Of a DNA stretch of 64,000 nucleotides, positions 35,530 to 45,100 are shown in pieces; the first letter of the stretch is position 1; each line of letters starts with the position of its first letter. The stretch comes from a virus (Duplodnaviria; Caudoviricetes): positions 33-64,032 of IMG/VR virus record IMGVR_UViG_3300042519_002516. The stretch is one strand, 5' to 3'. Both the position numbers and the translations under genes were made by a program. Below the pieces are notes generated by a model. The model was given only the letters and a program-made list of their open reading frames with translations. It searched no databases and had not been told where the DNA came from.

Positions 35530-38370
35530 ATGGGCAGACCCAAGAAACAACGGCCGCTGGCCGGAGCAAACGTCGTGTTGGAGCCTAGGATTGATCCTGC
35601 GACAAACATGATGGACGTCGGAGGATACCGGATTCCGGTTACGAACACGCTGACGGCGCTCCTGTGGGGGTTTGCCAATCACGCCCACCCGAAGGCGCGT
35701 GAGTTTTACTTCTGGCGCGTGGCGGATGAGCTTTGGAATCGGGATGACCTTCCGGAGCATATGTTCGAGAAGCATCCGTGGGCGGAGCAGATCATCCACG
35801 AGTGCATCAACAACAAATATTTGGCCATCGGGGGAGCGGCCTCCTGTGTGGCAGGAGACACGAGGTTGTTCGACCCCACCACAGGAGAGTCGCCGACCAT
35901 CCAAAGCCTGTGTGATGGCAACATCCGGCCGACAGTTCAAACGCTCAACGGTCCTGTGTTAGCCGACGTGCCATACCTAAAAGGCACGAAGGAGTTGTTC
36001 GAGTTCAAGTTGTCCAACGGCCAGTCATTCCGCTGCACTGAAGACCATAGGCTGCTTACGCCTTTTGGTTGGCGCTACGCCAAGCAGACCAGCGTTGGAG
36101 CAATGCTCTTCGGATACGCTCCTTACCCTCAGGAGTCCACTTCGGACAACGCCCTTTCAGATCAACCGCGAGGTGGTCGGCATTGCTCTGAAACACTTGT
36201 AGGTTCTCTAGACGGTTGTCGTCGCGCACCCCGTTTATGTGGTGAACTACTTCCGTCGGCAAGAGGTATCGCCCTAGAGACTCTTCCACCACCAGTCGGT
36301 GCTCAAAAACATAGTGGGTGTGCTTTCGAGCGTTCGGATGCCCCTTGCAGTGGATCAGAACATAGCCGTTCTTATCTACTAGTCGACCCTTCCACGCGTA
36401 GTGACGCTCGCCAACTGCGTAGGTCGGGAACTCCTTGGCTACTCCGTTTCGCCGCAAGAACTTCTTCACTTCTTCGTTCTTGGTTCCGACCGTCCGGCCT
36501 ATTTCAGAAAGAGAGCATCCCTCTTCACACATCCGCAGAACTGTCTCGGCGTTCCGCTCACATGCTGAATGGGGGTTGCGCCGACCGGTCCTCGGTGTCG
36601 CAACTCCGTGGCGCTTCAGTAGGTTCCCCACTGTCGCCGTGCGCATCCCGAGCCTATCCGCCACAAGACGGGTGCTTCCCAACTCCGCAAACAGGCGAAG
36701 GATCTCATCTGACTTCGCCTTGTGTCGAAGCGTCCGGCCATCAATCTTCATATGATTTGATGGTGCAACTTGTTCAGGTGGTGTCAATAACCAATGTGGG
36801 CGTACACGACTTCTACGACCTTAACGTGCCAGTAGAGCACCACTACTTCGCCGAGGGCGGTATCCACCACAACAGCGGCAAGAGCCACACCCTAGCCGGC
36901 TACGGGATTATCAGCTGGCTGGCGCGGCCTAGGGATACCCTCGTCCTGATTACCTCGACCTCGTTGCGGGAAGCCCGTAAGCGGATCTGGGGTTCGGTCA
37001 TGTCGCTGCTGTCGGTCATCGACGGGGCTCCGATCAACGTCCGCGACTCCATCGGCTCCGCCAACTACGTCGACGCCAAAGGCAAGACCTTCGACCGCGC
37101 CGGCCTGTCGTTGATCGCTGCGGAGCGCAGCCGCACCCGCGAGGCCATCGGCAAGTTCATCGGTCTTAAACAGAAACACGTCATCCTGATCGGTGATGAG
37201 TTAGGAGAGCTCAGCGAGGCGATCCTCATGGCCGGCCTATCCAACCTGTCGAAGAACCCTAGGTTTGAGCTGAAGGGCCTTCACAACCCTTCGAGCCGGT
37301 TCGACGCCTTCGGCATTTGGGCGACCCCGAAACACGGATGGGAGTCCGTCACGCCGGAAGTCGACGACGAGTGGGAGACGAAGTGGGGTGGCAAGTACAT
37401 CCGGCTCGACGGAGAGCGTTCGCCAAACGTGCTGGCCGGAGCGACCATCTACCCATACCTGCCGACGATTGAGAAGATCGAGGAGGACAAGCGGTTGTTA
37501 GGGGAGAAGAGCCGCGCCTACATGCGAATGGTGCGCGCTGTGTTCTTCGACAGCGACGAGACCGAGGGCATCTACAACGAAGCGGAGCTCGTGTCCTCCG
37601 GCGCGATGCAGAAGGTCGAGTTCTCCGGAGCCACGACCCTCATTGCCGGAGTCGACCCTGCGTTTACCAACGGAGGCGACCGCACCAGCATGTGCGTGGC
37701 GAGGGTAGGCACCGATACCTTGGGCCAATACTCCATCCAGTTCGAAGAATTTCTCACTCTCAACGATGACTCCTCCAACAAGGCTATTCCGCGAACCTAC
37801 CAGATCGTCCACCAGATCCGAGACGCCTGCATAGCAAGAGGCATCAAGCCCGCCGATGTGGCAATCGACGCCACCGGTGCCGGCTCACCGTTGTGCGACG
37901 TCCTAGCCGGCGAGTGGTCCAACGAGTTCCTGCGCGTGCAGTTCGGCGGCAAGGCTTCCGACAGGCGCGTGAGCATGAACAGCAGGCTCACCGGCGAGGA
38001 GCTCTACGTCAACCGCGTCAGTGAACTCTGGTTCGTCGGCAAGGAGTTCATGCGTACCAAGCAGCTCAGAGGTGTCACGCCGGAGCTGGCGAAGGAAATG
38101 ACCAACCGGAACTACGACCTCGTCAAGTCCGTCGGCCTGCGCGTGAAGGTCGAGTCGAAGCAAGAGGTCAAGCAGCGTGCCGGTGCCTCGCCGGACTTGG
38201 GCGACTCCGCGTTCATCGCACTCGACCTTGCGCGGCAGCGCCACGGGCTAGTCGCCGTTGAGCCTCCGAAGAAGCCGGAAATCGGACTCTTCGGGGCGCG
38301 CATGCCGAGGTCGATGCGCGATCTGGACGTCGTAGGGCGGTCAGCCCACGGGCATTTGGCTGATGAGTAA
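35530..38370 (+). CDS. terL: Terminase large subunit with an intein in the Walker A loop
   Basis: After splicing, Walker A reads GGAAS|SGKS. Also ILIGDE (Walker B), LHNP, and RNase H-like AGVDPA..GGD, IDATG and SPDLGDS. Confidence 0.92.
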   Translation: MGRPKKQRPLAGANVVLEPRIDPATNMMDVGGYRIPVTNTLTALLWGFANHAHPKAREFYFWRVADELWNRDDLPEHMFEKHPWAEQIIHECINNKYLAIGGAASCVAGDTRLFDPTTGESPTIQSLCDGNIRPTVQTLNGPVLADVPYLKGTKELFEFKLSNGQSFRCTEDHRLLTPFGWRYAKQTSVGAMLFGYAPYPQESTSDNALSDQPRGGRHCSETLVGSLDGCRRAPRLCGELLPSARGIALETLPPPVGAQKHSGCAFERSDAPCSGSEHSRSYLLVDPSTRSDARQLRRSGTPWLLRFAARTSSLLRSWFRPSGLFQKESIPLHTSAELSRRSAHMLNGGCADRSSVSQLRGASVGSPLSPCASRAYPPQDGCFPTPQTGEGSHLTSPCVEASGHQSSYDLMVQLVQVVSITNVGVHDFYDLNVPVEHHYFAEGGIHHNSGKSHTLAGYGIISWLARPRDTLVLITSTSLREARKRIWGSVMSLLSVIDGAPINVRDSIGSANYVDAKGKTFDRAGLSLIAAERSRTREAIGKFIGLKQKHVILIGDELGELSEAILMAGLSNLSKNPRFELKGLHNPSSRFDAFGIWATPKHGWESVTPEVDDEWETKWGGKYIRLDGERSPNVLAGATIYPYLPTIEKIEEDKRLLGEKSRAYMRMVRAVFFDSDETEGIYNEAELVSSGAMQKVEFSGATTLIAGVDPAFTNGGDRTSMCVARVGTDTLGQYSIQFEEFLTLNDDSSNKAIPRTYQIVHQIRDACIARGIKPADVAIDATGAGSPLCDVLAGEWSNEFLRVQFGGKASDRRVSMNSRLTGEELYVNRVSELWFVGKEFMRTKQLRGVTPELAKEMTNRNYDLVKSVGLRVKVESKQEVKQRAGASPDLGDSAFIALDLARQRHGLVAVEPPKKPEIGLFGARMPRSMRDLDVVGRSAHGHLADE
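35845..36873 (+). mobile_element. Intein (343 aa) in the terminase
   Basis: CVAGDT...CTEDHRLL (blocks A and B) and FYDLNV...HYFAEGGIHHN|S (blocks F and G). Confidence 0.95.
36056..36751 (-). CDS. HNH homing endonuclease (two HTH + NUMOD3-like + HNH) encoded antisense inside the terminase intein
   Basis: YVFEHRLVVEESLGRYLLPTEVVHHINGVRDDNRLENL, GERHYAWKG and two HTH repeats. ATG 36751 lies 30 nt after TTGACA (36787-36782). Confidence 0.88.
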   Translation of the reverse strand: MKIDGRTLRHKAKSDEILRLFAELGSTRLVADRLGMRTATVGNLLKRHGVATPRTGRRNPHSACERNAETVLRMCEEGCSLSEIGRTVGTKNEEVKKFLRRNGVAKEFPTYAVGERHYAWKGRLVDKNGYVLIHCKGHPNARKHTHYVFEHRLVVEESLGRYLLPTEVVHHINGVRDDNRLENLQVFQSNADHLAVDLKGRCPKWTPEGKERIRRALLQRWSAWRSANQKA

Positions 38371-38473
38371 ATGTGGGATTGTGTGGGGTTTGTTGGTTTT
38401 CATGCCTGAATCCCACACGAAATGTGGGACTGGCTTAGGCCCTTAACGCAACTTTATTGCGTTATGTACCGCT

Positions 38474-38595
38474 CAGAAAAATCTGAAAAGTTTCTGGAAA
38501 CCCCCTAATTCATATTAAAGCAGTAATTCAAATAGAAAAAGTGAAATTGAATTACTGCTTTAATATGAATTACCTATATAGAGAAAACTTTATAC
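38474..38595. repeat. 122-bp AT-rich element, copy 2
   Basis: Arms at 38506-38530 and 38548-38572. Differs from copy 1 only within the 17-nt spacer. Confidence 0.95.
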
Positions 38596-38757
38596 TCTTT
38601 TTGCAGGCGTAATTCAGTTTCTCCGGAAACCAACACACAGACCACAGAATCCGGACAGGCGGCTCGCGCCGACCGGCGATCTGCAAAAGCGGAAATTCCA
38701 GCCGGCCTAACTTTTTCCGTTGACCGGATTCCGGATTCCGGATACCTACACCCCACA

Positions 38758-39360
38758 GTGAAAACGCAATACATCGTTAAGACCGCCGACAGCACCATAT
38801 ACTACTCCGACCCCAACTTCCTGATTCGGCATAGGGAGGATGGCCCTGCCGCTGAAGTTACCGGAGGTTCGTCGTATTATTTTCTCAACAACCAGCAGAT
38901 GACTGAGGCCGAGTTCCTTGCAGCCATTACCCCTAAGCCGGAGATGACACCGGTTGAGGCTGCTTTGGAATTCTTCGAGACAGGGGAGGCGTCGGAGCGT
39001 TCAAGGGAAGCCTTTCACAAATTGGATCGGCGTAAGACGTATACGAGGCTGTCTGGTCAAATCCTCACTGCCGAAGTCCGGCGGTTGCAGGCCTTGCTGG
39101 ATACTCCCCAACTGCCCCCGTTGCCGGACGGCCTACCCCCGTTGCCGGAAGGTGCGGTGTACTTGGGCAGAGGCTGTAGCTTTGTTACCTTGGACCGTGG
39201 GTTGTTCTACGGATGGAGTTTTAATCCTAGGTATGAGGTAGAGTGGGAGGATGATACGTGGGAAGGCGACGGCCAGAACCTCCACTACGCCGCACCGGCG
39301 GGCTCCGAGATCGTCAAGCTCAACCAGAGGGCTTACGGTATAGAAAAGCGGTTGGGTTAA
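38758..39360 (+). CDS. Hypothetical protein with an HREDGPA motif
   Basis: 200 aa. The N-terminal RHREDGPA..YYFLN domain is common in phages. TTGACC-17-TACCTA lies upstream. Confidence 0.7.
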   Translation: MKTQYIVKTADSTIYYSDPNFLIRHREDGPAAEVTGGSSYYFLNNQQMTEAEFLAAITPKPEMTPVEAALEFFETGEASERSREAFHKLDRRKTYTRLSGQILTAEVRRLQALLDTPQLPPLPDGLPPLPEGAVYLGRGCSFVTLDRGLFYGWSFNPRYEVEWEDDTWEGDGQNLHYAAPAGSEIVKLNQRAYGIEKRLG

Positions 39361-39422
39361 TCCCTTTGCCCTCACCTAATTTTGTTCTTGCTTTTGGCCC
39401 CCCAAAACCCTAATCTTTGCGG

Positions 39423-39713
39423 GTGGCTGCACAGTTCAAGCGTTTACCCAACGGCAAGATCCGCTATCGCGGGGAGTTGTTCGAGGGGTTCAACAAGCCA
39501 AAGCGAGCAGCCTCCGGCGACGATAAGAAGTACGTCGTCCTAGCCAAAGACGGCGAGAAGATCCGCAAGGTCAAGTTCGGCCAGCGCGGCTACGAGGACT
39601 ACTTGCAGCACAAGGACGAGAAGCGCCGTAAAAACTTCAAGTCGCGCATGAACTGCGACACCGCTAAGGACAAGACAACCGCCCGCTATTGGGCGTGTCA
39701 CCACAACTGGTAA
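39423..39713 (+). CDS. Small basic protein (VKFG..GY.DY..H.D..RRKNF family, DUF5754-like)
   Basis: Conserved motif ending ARYWA...NW. Promoter TTGCTT-17-TAATCT lies 6 nt before the GTG. Confidence 0.7.
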   Translation: MAAQFKRLPNGKIRYRGELFEGFNKPKRAASGDDKKYVVLAKDGEKIRKVKFGQRGYEDYLQHKDEKRRKNFKSRMNCDTAKDKTTARYWACHHNW

Positions 39714-39734
39714 ACCCCCACCGCAGTTTCCTCG

Positions 39735-41057
39735 ATGTCTCGCCGCCAGCAGATCCCATCCGCCGCAGAAGCCCGCCGTGCCGGCAGGGCTGAAGCTTTG
39801 TTTGAGAAAGCGAAGGAGAAGGAGCTCCGCAAGGTATCCGGTATCACGAGACATGAGGACGGACCGAGAATCCAGAATCGGGATGAGCGCGTGCTGATGC
39901 AGCAAGGCGCGAACGCTGCCGGTCAGGCCTTCGCCGCTACGCGTGCCGGCTTCACACCGGCGGCATCCGGAAAGCTGTTGCAGGATCGCCGCGCCTTTGC
40001 CGACGACCTGCGCAAGACCGGTGGCGAGACCAATGCCGATGTGATGAAGCGGGCCGCCGGCTTGGGTTTGCGCGAGGAGGATGTTTCCAGCTTCGTGCAG
40101 CGTGAAGGTATCGCCGCTGCCGCACCTGCCAACAAGACCGTCGGCAGCACGGCGGTCCCGCTTGCCTCCGGCAGCCTGTCCCAACTCACCAGCTCTTCGA
40201 TGCCCAAGGGTTTGAAGTCGGCGGCTACCACTGTCGGAGGGGCTACTCCTATTTCCAGTGGGGTTGGATGGGCTACCTCCGGTGTGGCTGGAGCCCTCCG
40301 CAAGCTCACTGCCCCTAAACCTCCGGAGAGCAAGATCAACGGCATGCCCACCGGTCAAGTGCTGTACGAGGGAAGCCAGCGCGAGAAGAGCGCGTACCTC
40401 AGGGGAGAAGGCCCCCAGCCGTTCGGCCCGCGCACTGATGCAGAGAAGCAGTACGTCGAGACCAACACTGACGCCGGACGCGCCCGCGCACTGGTAGCGC
40501 GCATGACCGCACCGGCAGCGCCGACCACACCTAAGGTACTGCCCCCGATTGCCACTGAGGCCGCCAAGCCTACGATGACGCCGCAGGAGCGATCCGCTTC
40601 TATGGGCGCGTCGTCCGACCCTATCGTCAAGCCCACCGTAGCGACCAACGTCGGTCGGAATATGTCGTCGGCGGATTTTGCCGAACAGAGCACCGCGCTG
40701 CTGTCCGGCCTGAAGGACACGGAGAAGCAGATGCGTGAGGCCGCCCGCAGCGGAAAGCCCGTGGACGATCTGAAGGAGTCTTACAAGGAGCTGCGGGCTC
40801 GCCTCGGCGCGATGCACCCGACGTCGCTCATGGAGTATGACAAGACCGTCAAGCGGTCTGAGACGTCGCAGGCGGCTATTGACATCCGAAAGGCCGACGC
40901 AGACGCGATGAAGAACACCGATGCCGAGCTCCTCAAGCGCGCCCGCAAGCGTGCCGCCGACGGAGAGGTCCGCGCAGAGGAGAAGGCCGTGAGGGATCGC
41001 AACTGGAACATTGCAACCTCTGTCCTGCGGGCGGCGCTGCCGGTCCCGAAATTCTAA
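39735..41057 (+). CDS. Putative internal virion (ejection) protein
   Basis: 440 aa, A/S/T/K-rich, upstream of the giant gene. Confidence 0.5.
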   Translation: MSRRQQIPSAAEARRAGRAEALFEKAKEKELRKVSGITRHEDGPRIQNRDERVLMQQGANAAGQAFAATRAGFTPAASGKLLQDRRAFADDLRKTGGETNADVMKRAAGLGLREEDVSSFVQREGIAAAAPANKTVGSTAVPLASGSLSQLTSSSMPKGLKSAATTVGGATPISSGVGWATSGVAGALRKLTAPKPPESKINGMPTGQVLYEGSQREKSAYLRGEGPQPFGPRTDAEKQYVETNTDAGRARALVARMTAPAAPTTPKVLPPIATEAAKPTMTPQERSASMGASSDPIVKPTVATNVGRNMSSADFAEQSTALLSGLKDTEKQMREAARSGKPVDDLKESYKELRARLGAMHPTSLMEYDKTVKRSETSQAAIDIRKADADAMKNTDAELLKRARKRAADGEVRAEEKAVRDRNWNIATSVLRAALPVPKF

Positions 41058-41063
41058 ACCCCG

Positions 41064-42077
41064 ATGGCCATCTCACCGACACCGTACGCCGACAGCGAAG
41101 ACGAAGACCCCATCGCCTTTGATCGGGACTTCGCGCCGTTGAAGCAGCAGTACTTCCGCAGCGTCTACAACAACCCAAAGCTGAGTGCGCAGGCGCGCCA
41201 GCAGCTATCGGTCAACTTTTCAAACGCGATTGACTCCGGCTACGCTGAGCGCCAGAAGATCCGCGAAGGTGATGAGGTCTCCAAGAGCCGCGCCTTGCAG
41301 TACAAGGCTGCGGAGTTCTCATTGAACAAAGCGCGTGAGGACGCCGTGCGCGAGCGAACCATGCTGGAGGCCCTGCCCGCTGTCACTGCGGAGCTCGACA
41401 GCATCATCAATTCCGGTGCCGAAGCCGAAGACCAGCAGCGTGCCATTGCCCAATGGGGCGTCAAGAACGCCGGCCTCCTGTCGACCAACCGCGCTGCCGG
41501 CATGGCCTACGATGCGGCCCGTACCGGAGTCGTCAAGAAGCCGAAGGAGGATGCCTTCACGGTGTTCAACGTGCTGCGCAACAAGTTGCCTCTCGACGAG
41601 TTGCTTGAGGAGGCTACGGCCGCTGGCAAGCCGTTCAACCCGAATGACCCGAACGCTTCCGTCGATCCGCTGGTCTACGCCAAGTTTGTCAACCGGTACG
41701 AGAAGGATCTCCTGACCCAAGATGCGCAGACCAAAGCCGAGAAGGAGCGCCGCGAGCAGGAGCGCACCCGCCTGACTGGAATCGTCGACGGTATTGCCTC
41801 CGTCAAGTTCGCTGATAGAGGTGCCGACGAGACGAACCCGAGGGCCACTCCGGACTGGTTCAAGTCGAAGGCCGACCGTGCCGCTGTCGAGCGTCTCATC
41901 GACACCTTAGGCACGCCGGAGGAGAAGGCAGCCGCGAAGGCCGCCGGAACCAGCGCAAGCAAGTCGTACGAGATCGCCCGCCAGATCCGCCAACGCTACG
42001 ACTCGGAAGCGACCGCTACTGCGCGGCCCGCAGATCCTGCCGCCCCTACGTCTCCCCGTAATCTTTTTGCAGAGTAA
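41064..42077 (+). CDS. Putative internal virion (ejection) protein
   Basis: 337 aa, helical and Ala-rich, upstream of the giant gene. Confidence 0.5.
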   Translation: MAISPTPYADSEDEDPIAFDRDFAPLKQQYFRSVYNNPKLSAQARQQLSVNFSNAIDSGYAERQKIREGDEVSKSRALQYKAAEFSLNKAREDAVRERTMLEALPAVTAELDSIINSGAEAEDQQRAIAQWGVKNAGLLSTNRAAGMAYDAARTGVVKKPKEDAFTVFNVLRNKLPLDELLEEATAAGKPFNPNDPNASVDPLVYAKFVNRYEKDLLTQDAQTKAEKERREQERTRLTGIVDGIASVKFADRGADETNPRATPDWFKSKADRAAVERLIDTLGTPEEKAAAKAAGTSASKSYEIARQIRQRYDSEATATARPADPAAPTSPRNLFAE

Positions 42078-42127
42078 TAGCATATTAGCTAGACACCTTC
42101 CCCCAACCCACATACCCTAAAGCCGCT

Positions 42128-45100
42128 ATGCCGGACGTAAAAAAGTTTTCTGAGTGGTCGCTTGACGCCAAAATCACGGAGCCCACCGACCAACTTCGAG
42201 AATACTCCAACTACGTCCGCACCGCCTACATGCGGTCCGGCGAGCTTACTGGAGAGGTTGAGACCGAAATCCAGAACGGCGCGTGGGATAAGGCCAACGA
42301 GCTCAACCTCCTGCCGGCCGACGCACCGGATGAGGAGCGCCAGAAGGCCTTCCGGTCGATGCTCGCACCGAAGCAGGACGTCGACAAGGATGCGCGGTTT
42401 GTCCTTGACTACTACGCCAAGTCCTTCACCGACGAGCTTGATGATCCGACGGAGGCCAAGGAGCGCGAGGAAGTCCTGCGCACCTACCTTGCCCGCCGCA
42501 AAGCCTTTCCGGAATCCGCCGCCGAGCTTCAGGAATCCGTCAACGGAATCCTGTCCGACGCGGACACCGTGCGGCGTGCGCGGATCGCTGCGGTCGACCG
42601 AGGGGACATGCCGGTGGTTGCGTTGCGCGAGGCAGATGGCAATACCAGCTTCTACGCCAAGCCCGACGTCGATGACAAGTACGTCGCCGGTAGCTTCGAT
42701 ACGCTCGTCGCCACCGGCGCGGTTGATCCGTCGGACGCGTACTACCTAAAGGATTTTACTGCACCCACATTAGGCGGTGCCACCACCAAAAGCCGGCTCG
42801 CCGGATTCGATGAGTTCCGGCGGGTCTTCGGCGAGATGTCCGAGAATGATCCGGAGCTCCTGAAGCGGCTTGAGGCTGCCTCTACCGAGTACACCCGCTC
42901 CGGTCAGCGCAGCCAGCGATCCGTCGTTGCGGTTGCCGGAGACCTGTTAGGTGAGGGCCTCGCTGCCTTGGCCTCGCCGATCACCGACGGCATCGGAGGC
43001 CCGCAGGAATTTGTCAGTTCCGACATCGCCGCGCAGTTGCTCAAGACTCCGGCCATCGCCCGCAAGTACTCGAAGGAGCAACTGGAGCAGTACGCCCAAG
43101 ACCTCGTGCTGCATACCAGCAAGCCGGTATACAACGCCGAGAAACCGGAATCCGGTATCGCGGTTGACAGCAACGGGATTCCGGTGATCGCGCCGGCGTT
43201 GCTCGTGCGGGATGACGCCTTCGGTGCGGCGATGGAGGCTGCCGGATTGAACGACGCCCAAAAGGAGTATGCCATCGGCAACCGTGAGCGCGACCTTGCT
43301 GCCCAGACGCCGGAGTTCAAGCGCCTGATCTTCGACAACGACTTCGATGCTGTCGACCTGTACGCGCAGGCCAAGGCGTCCGGCAAGTCCGATGAGCAGT
43401 TCGTGCGGGAGTACTTCTCCAACGACGACAACTATAGTAGCTTCGCCACTACGGCCAAGGGCTTCGGCATGTCCCTTGCCAAGGTGGTGTCCGAGATCCC
43501 TCTTGCCGTTGCCGCAATTGCCGGCTCGGAAGGCTCCGCGAAGGTTCTTGTCGATATGAACAAGGACGCTCAGGACCGCGTCGAGTACGCCCGCATGTTT
43601 GGCGACGAGTTCGGCATCGGTCGTGACGCGTTGTTCATGCTGCCGCAGCTGGCGACCGACATCCTGCTCACCGTCGGCACCGCCGGCGTCGGCACCGCCC
43701 TGAAGAAAGGTGGTACGGCGCTTGCCTCCGGCGTCGGTCGTGGACTTGAGCGCGCCTCGGCCCGCAAGATGGCGGCCACCTTGGGCCGCGCTGCCTTGGA
43801 AGCGTCGCCGGAAGGGGCAACCGCAGTCCGGAAACTGGTGTCCGGTGTCACTGACGCCTCAGTCAAAGAGGCGTTCGAAAAGGTCGCCGAGAGCACGGTG
43901 CGCCGTCACCTACGCAACGCCGCTGCGGTGACTCCGGTTGCCATTACCTCGTTCGCCCGCAGCGCGAGCTCGACCTACGGCAGCCTGTATTCGATGTTGC
44001 CGGATGACCTGAGCCATGAGGAGAAGAACCGGCAGGTGGTGCCGTTTGCGATTGCCTCCGGCTTCAGCACGGCGATCATCACCTCTGCCCTGAGCTACAT
44101 CGGCCAAGGTGGTTTTGAAGACCTTGCCACCGGTCGGCTTACTGCGGCCGGCACGTCTTCCCAAGCAGCGGGCTCGCGCTTCATTCCATTGGAAAAGCTC
44201 ACCGGCCGCCAGCTCAAGTACCTGCACGAGCAGGTGCGCAACGCCGGTCGCTCGATGACCGACAAGGAGTTCCAGACGGTCTTGCGCACCGAACTGTCCG
44301 GCGCGTACAAGCAGACGTTCCGCAATATCTTTGACGGCGTGAAGAGTGAAGCGTTTGAAGAAACGCTCGACCAAGCATTCCAGATCGGCATTCAGGATCT
44401 TGCCACCGGCAAGAAGACTTCGCTCGACGAGATCGGCAGCCAGCTGCTTTCGAGTGCCATCCTAGGCGGGGCAATGGGTGGCGGAGGTAATGCCATCACC
44501 GAGGCCAAGCCGATGTCGCGCTCGCAGCGCACGCAAGCCCTTGAGGCTACCGGCGAGCTGCTTACCAACATTGTAGGCAAACTGAAAAGCGCCGGAAGCC
44601 CGCAGACCGCAGCGGCCCTTGCCACACGCATGAACCTCGCCAACGCAGCCGCTGAGCGCAGCCGCCGCGCTGACCTGCGTGAGCAGGCCGCTAGAGAGGA
44701 AGCCGCGAAGGCCATCAAAGCCGGAGACCTTGACCCCACCGACAATGACGTCAACTCTGCTAAGCCGGACAACACCTTGCTCATCGAGCAGATCGGCGAG
44801 CGCGTGCAGATCGGCGGATACACCGGCACCCTTGAACTCAATCCGGAATCCGGAGCCGTGCAGCTGAAGCTGGCGAAACCACTCAAGGACGGGCAGACGC
44901 ACTTCAACGTCGGCAGCAAGTACGACAACTCGGCGAAGGCCGGCGTGGTACCGACCGGCACGTTGCCGAAGTTGGGTCAGGACTCCGGTCCGATCAAGGC
45001 CGGCACCCCTTACCTGATGCCGGATAAAGGGAGCAAGGCGAAGTTCGCGCTACCGGATACCGTTGCCGGAGTGGAGTACATCGAGAACTTCGGCGGTGCT

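Noticed and set aside
35845-36873. Group I intron or frameshift in terL
   Set aside because: The frame is continuous and both intein splice-junction motifs are intact, so protein splicing explains the insert.
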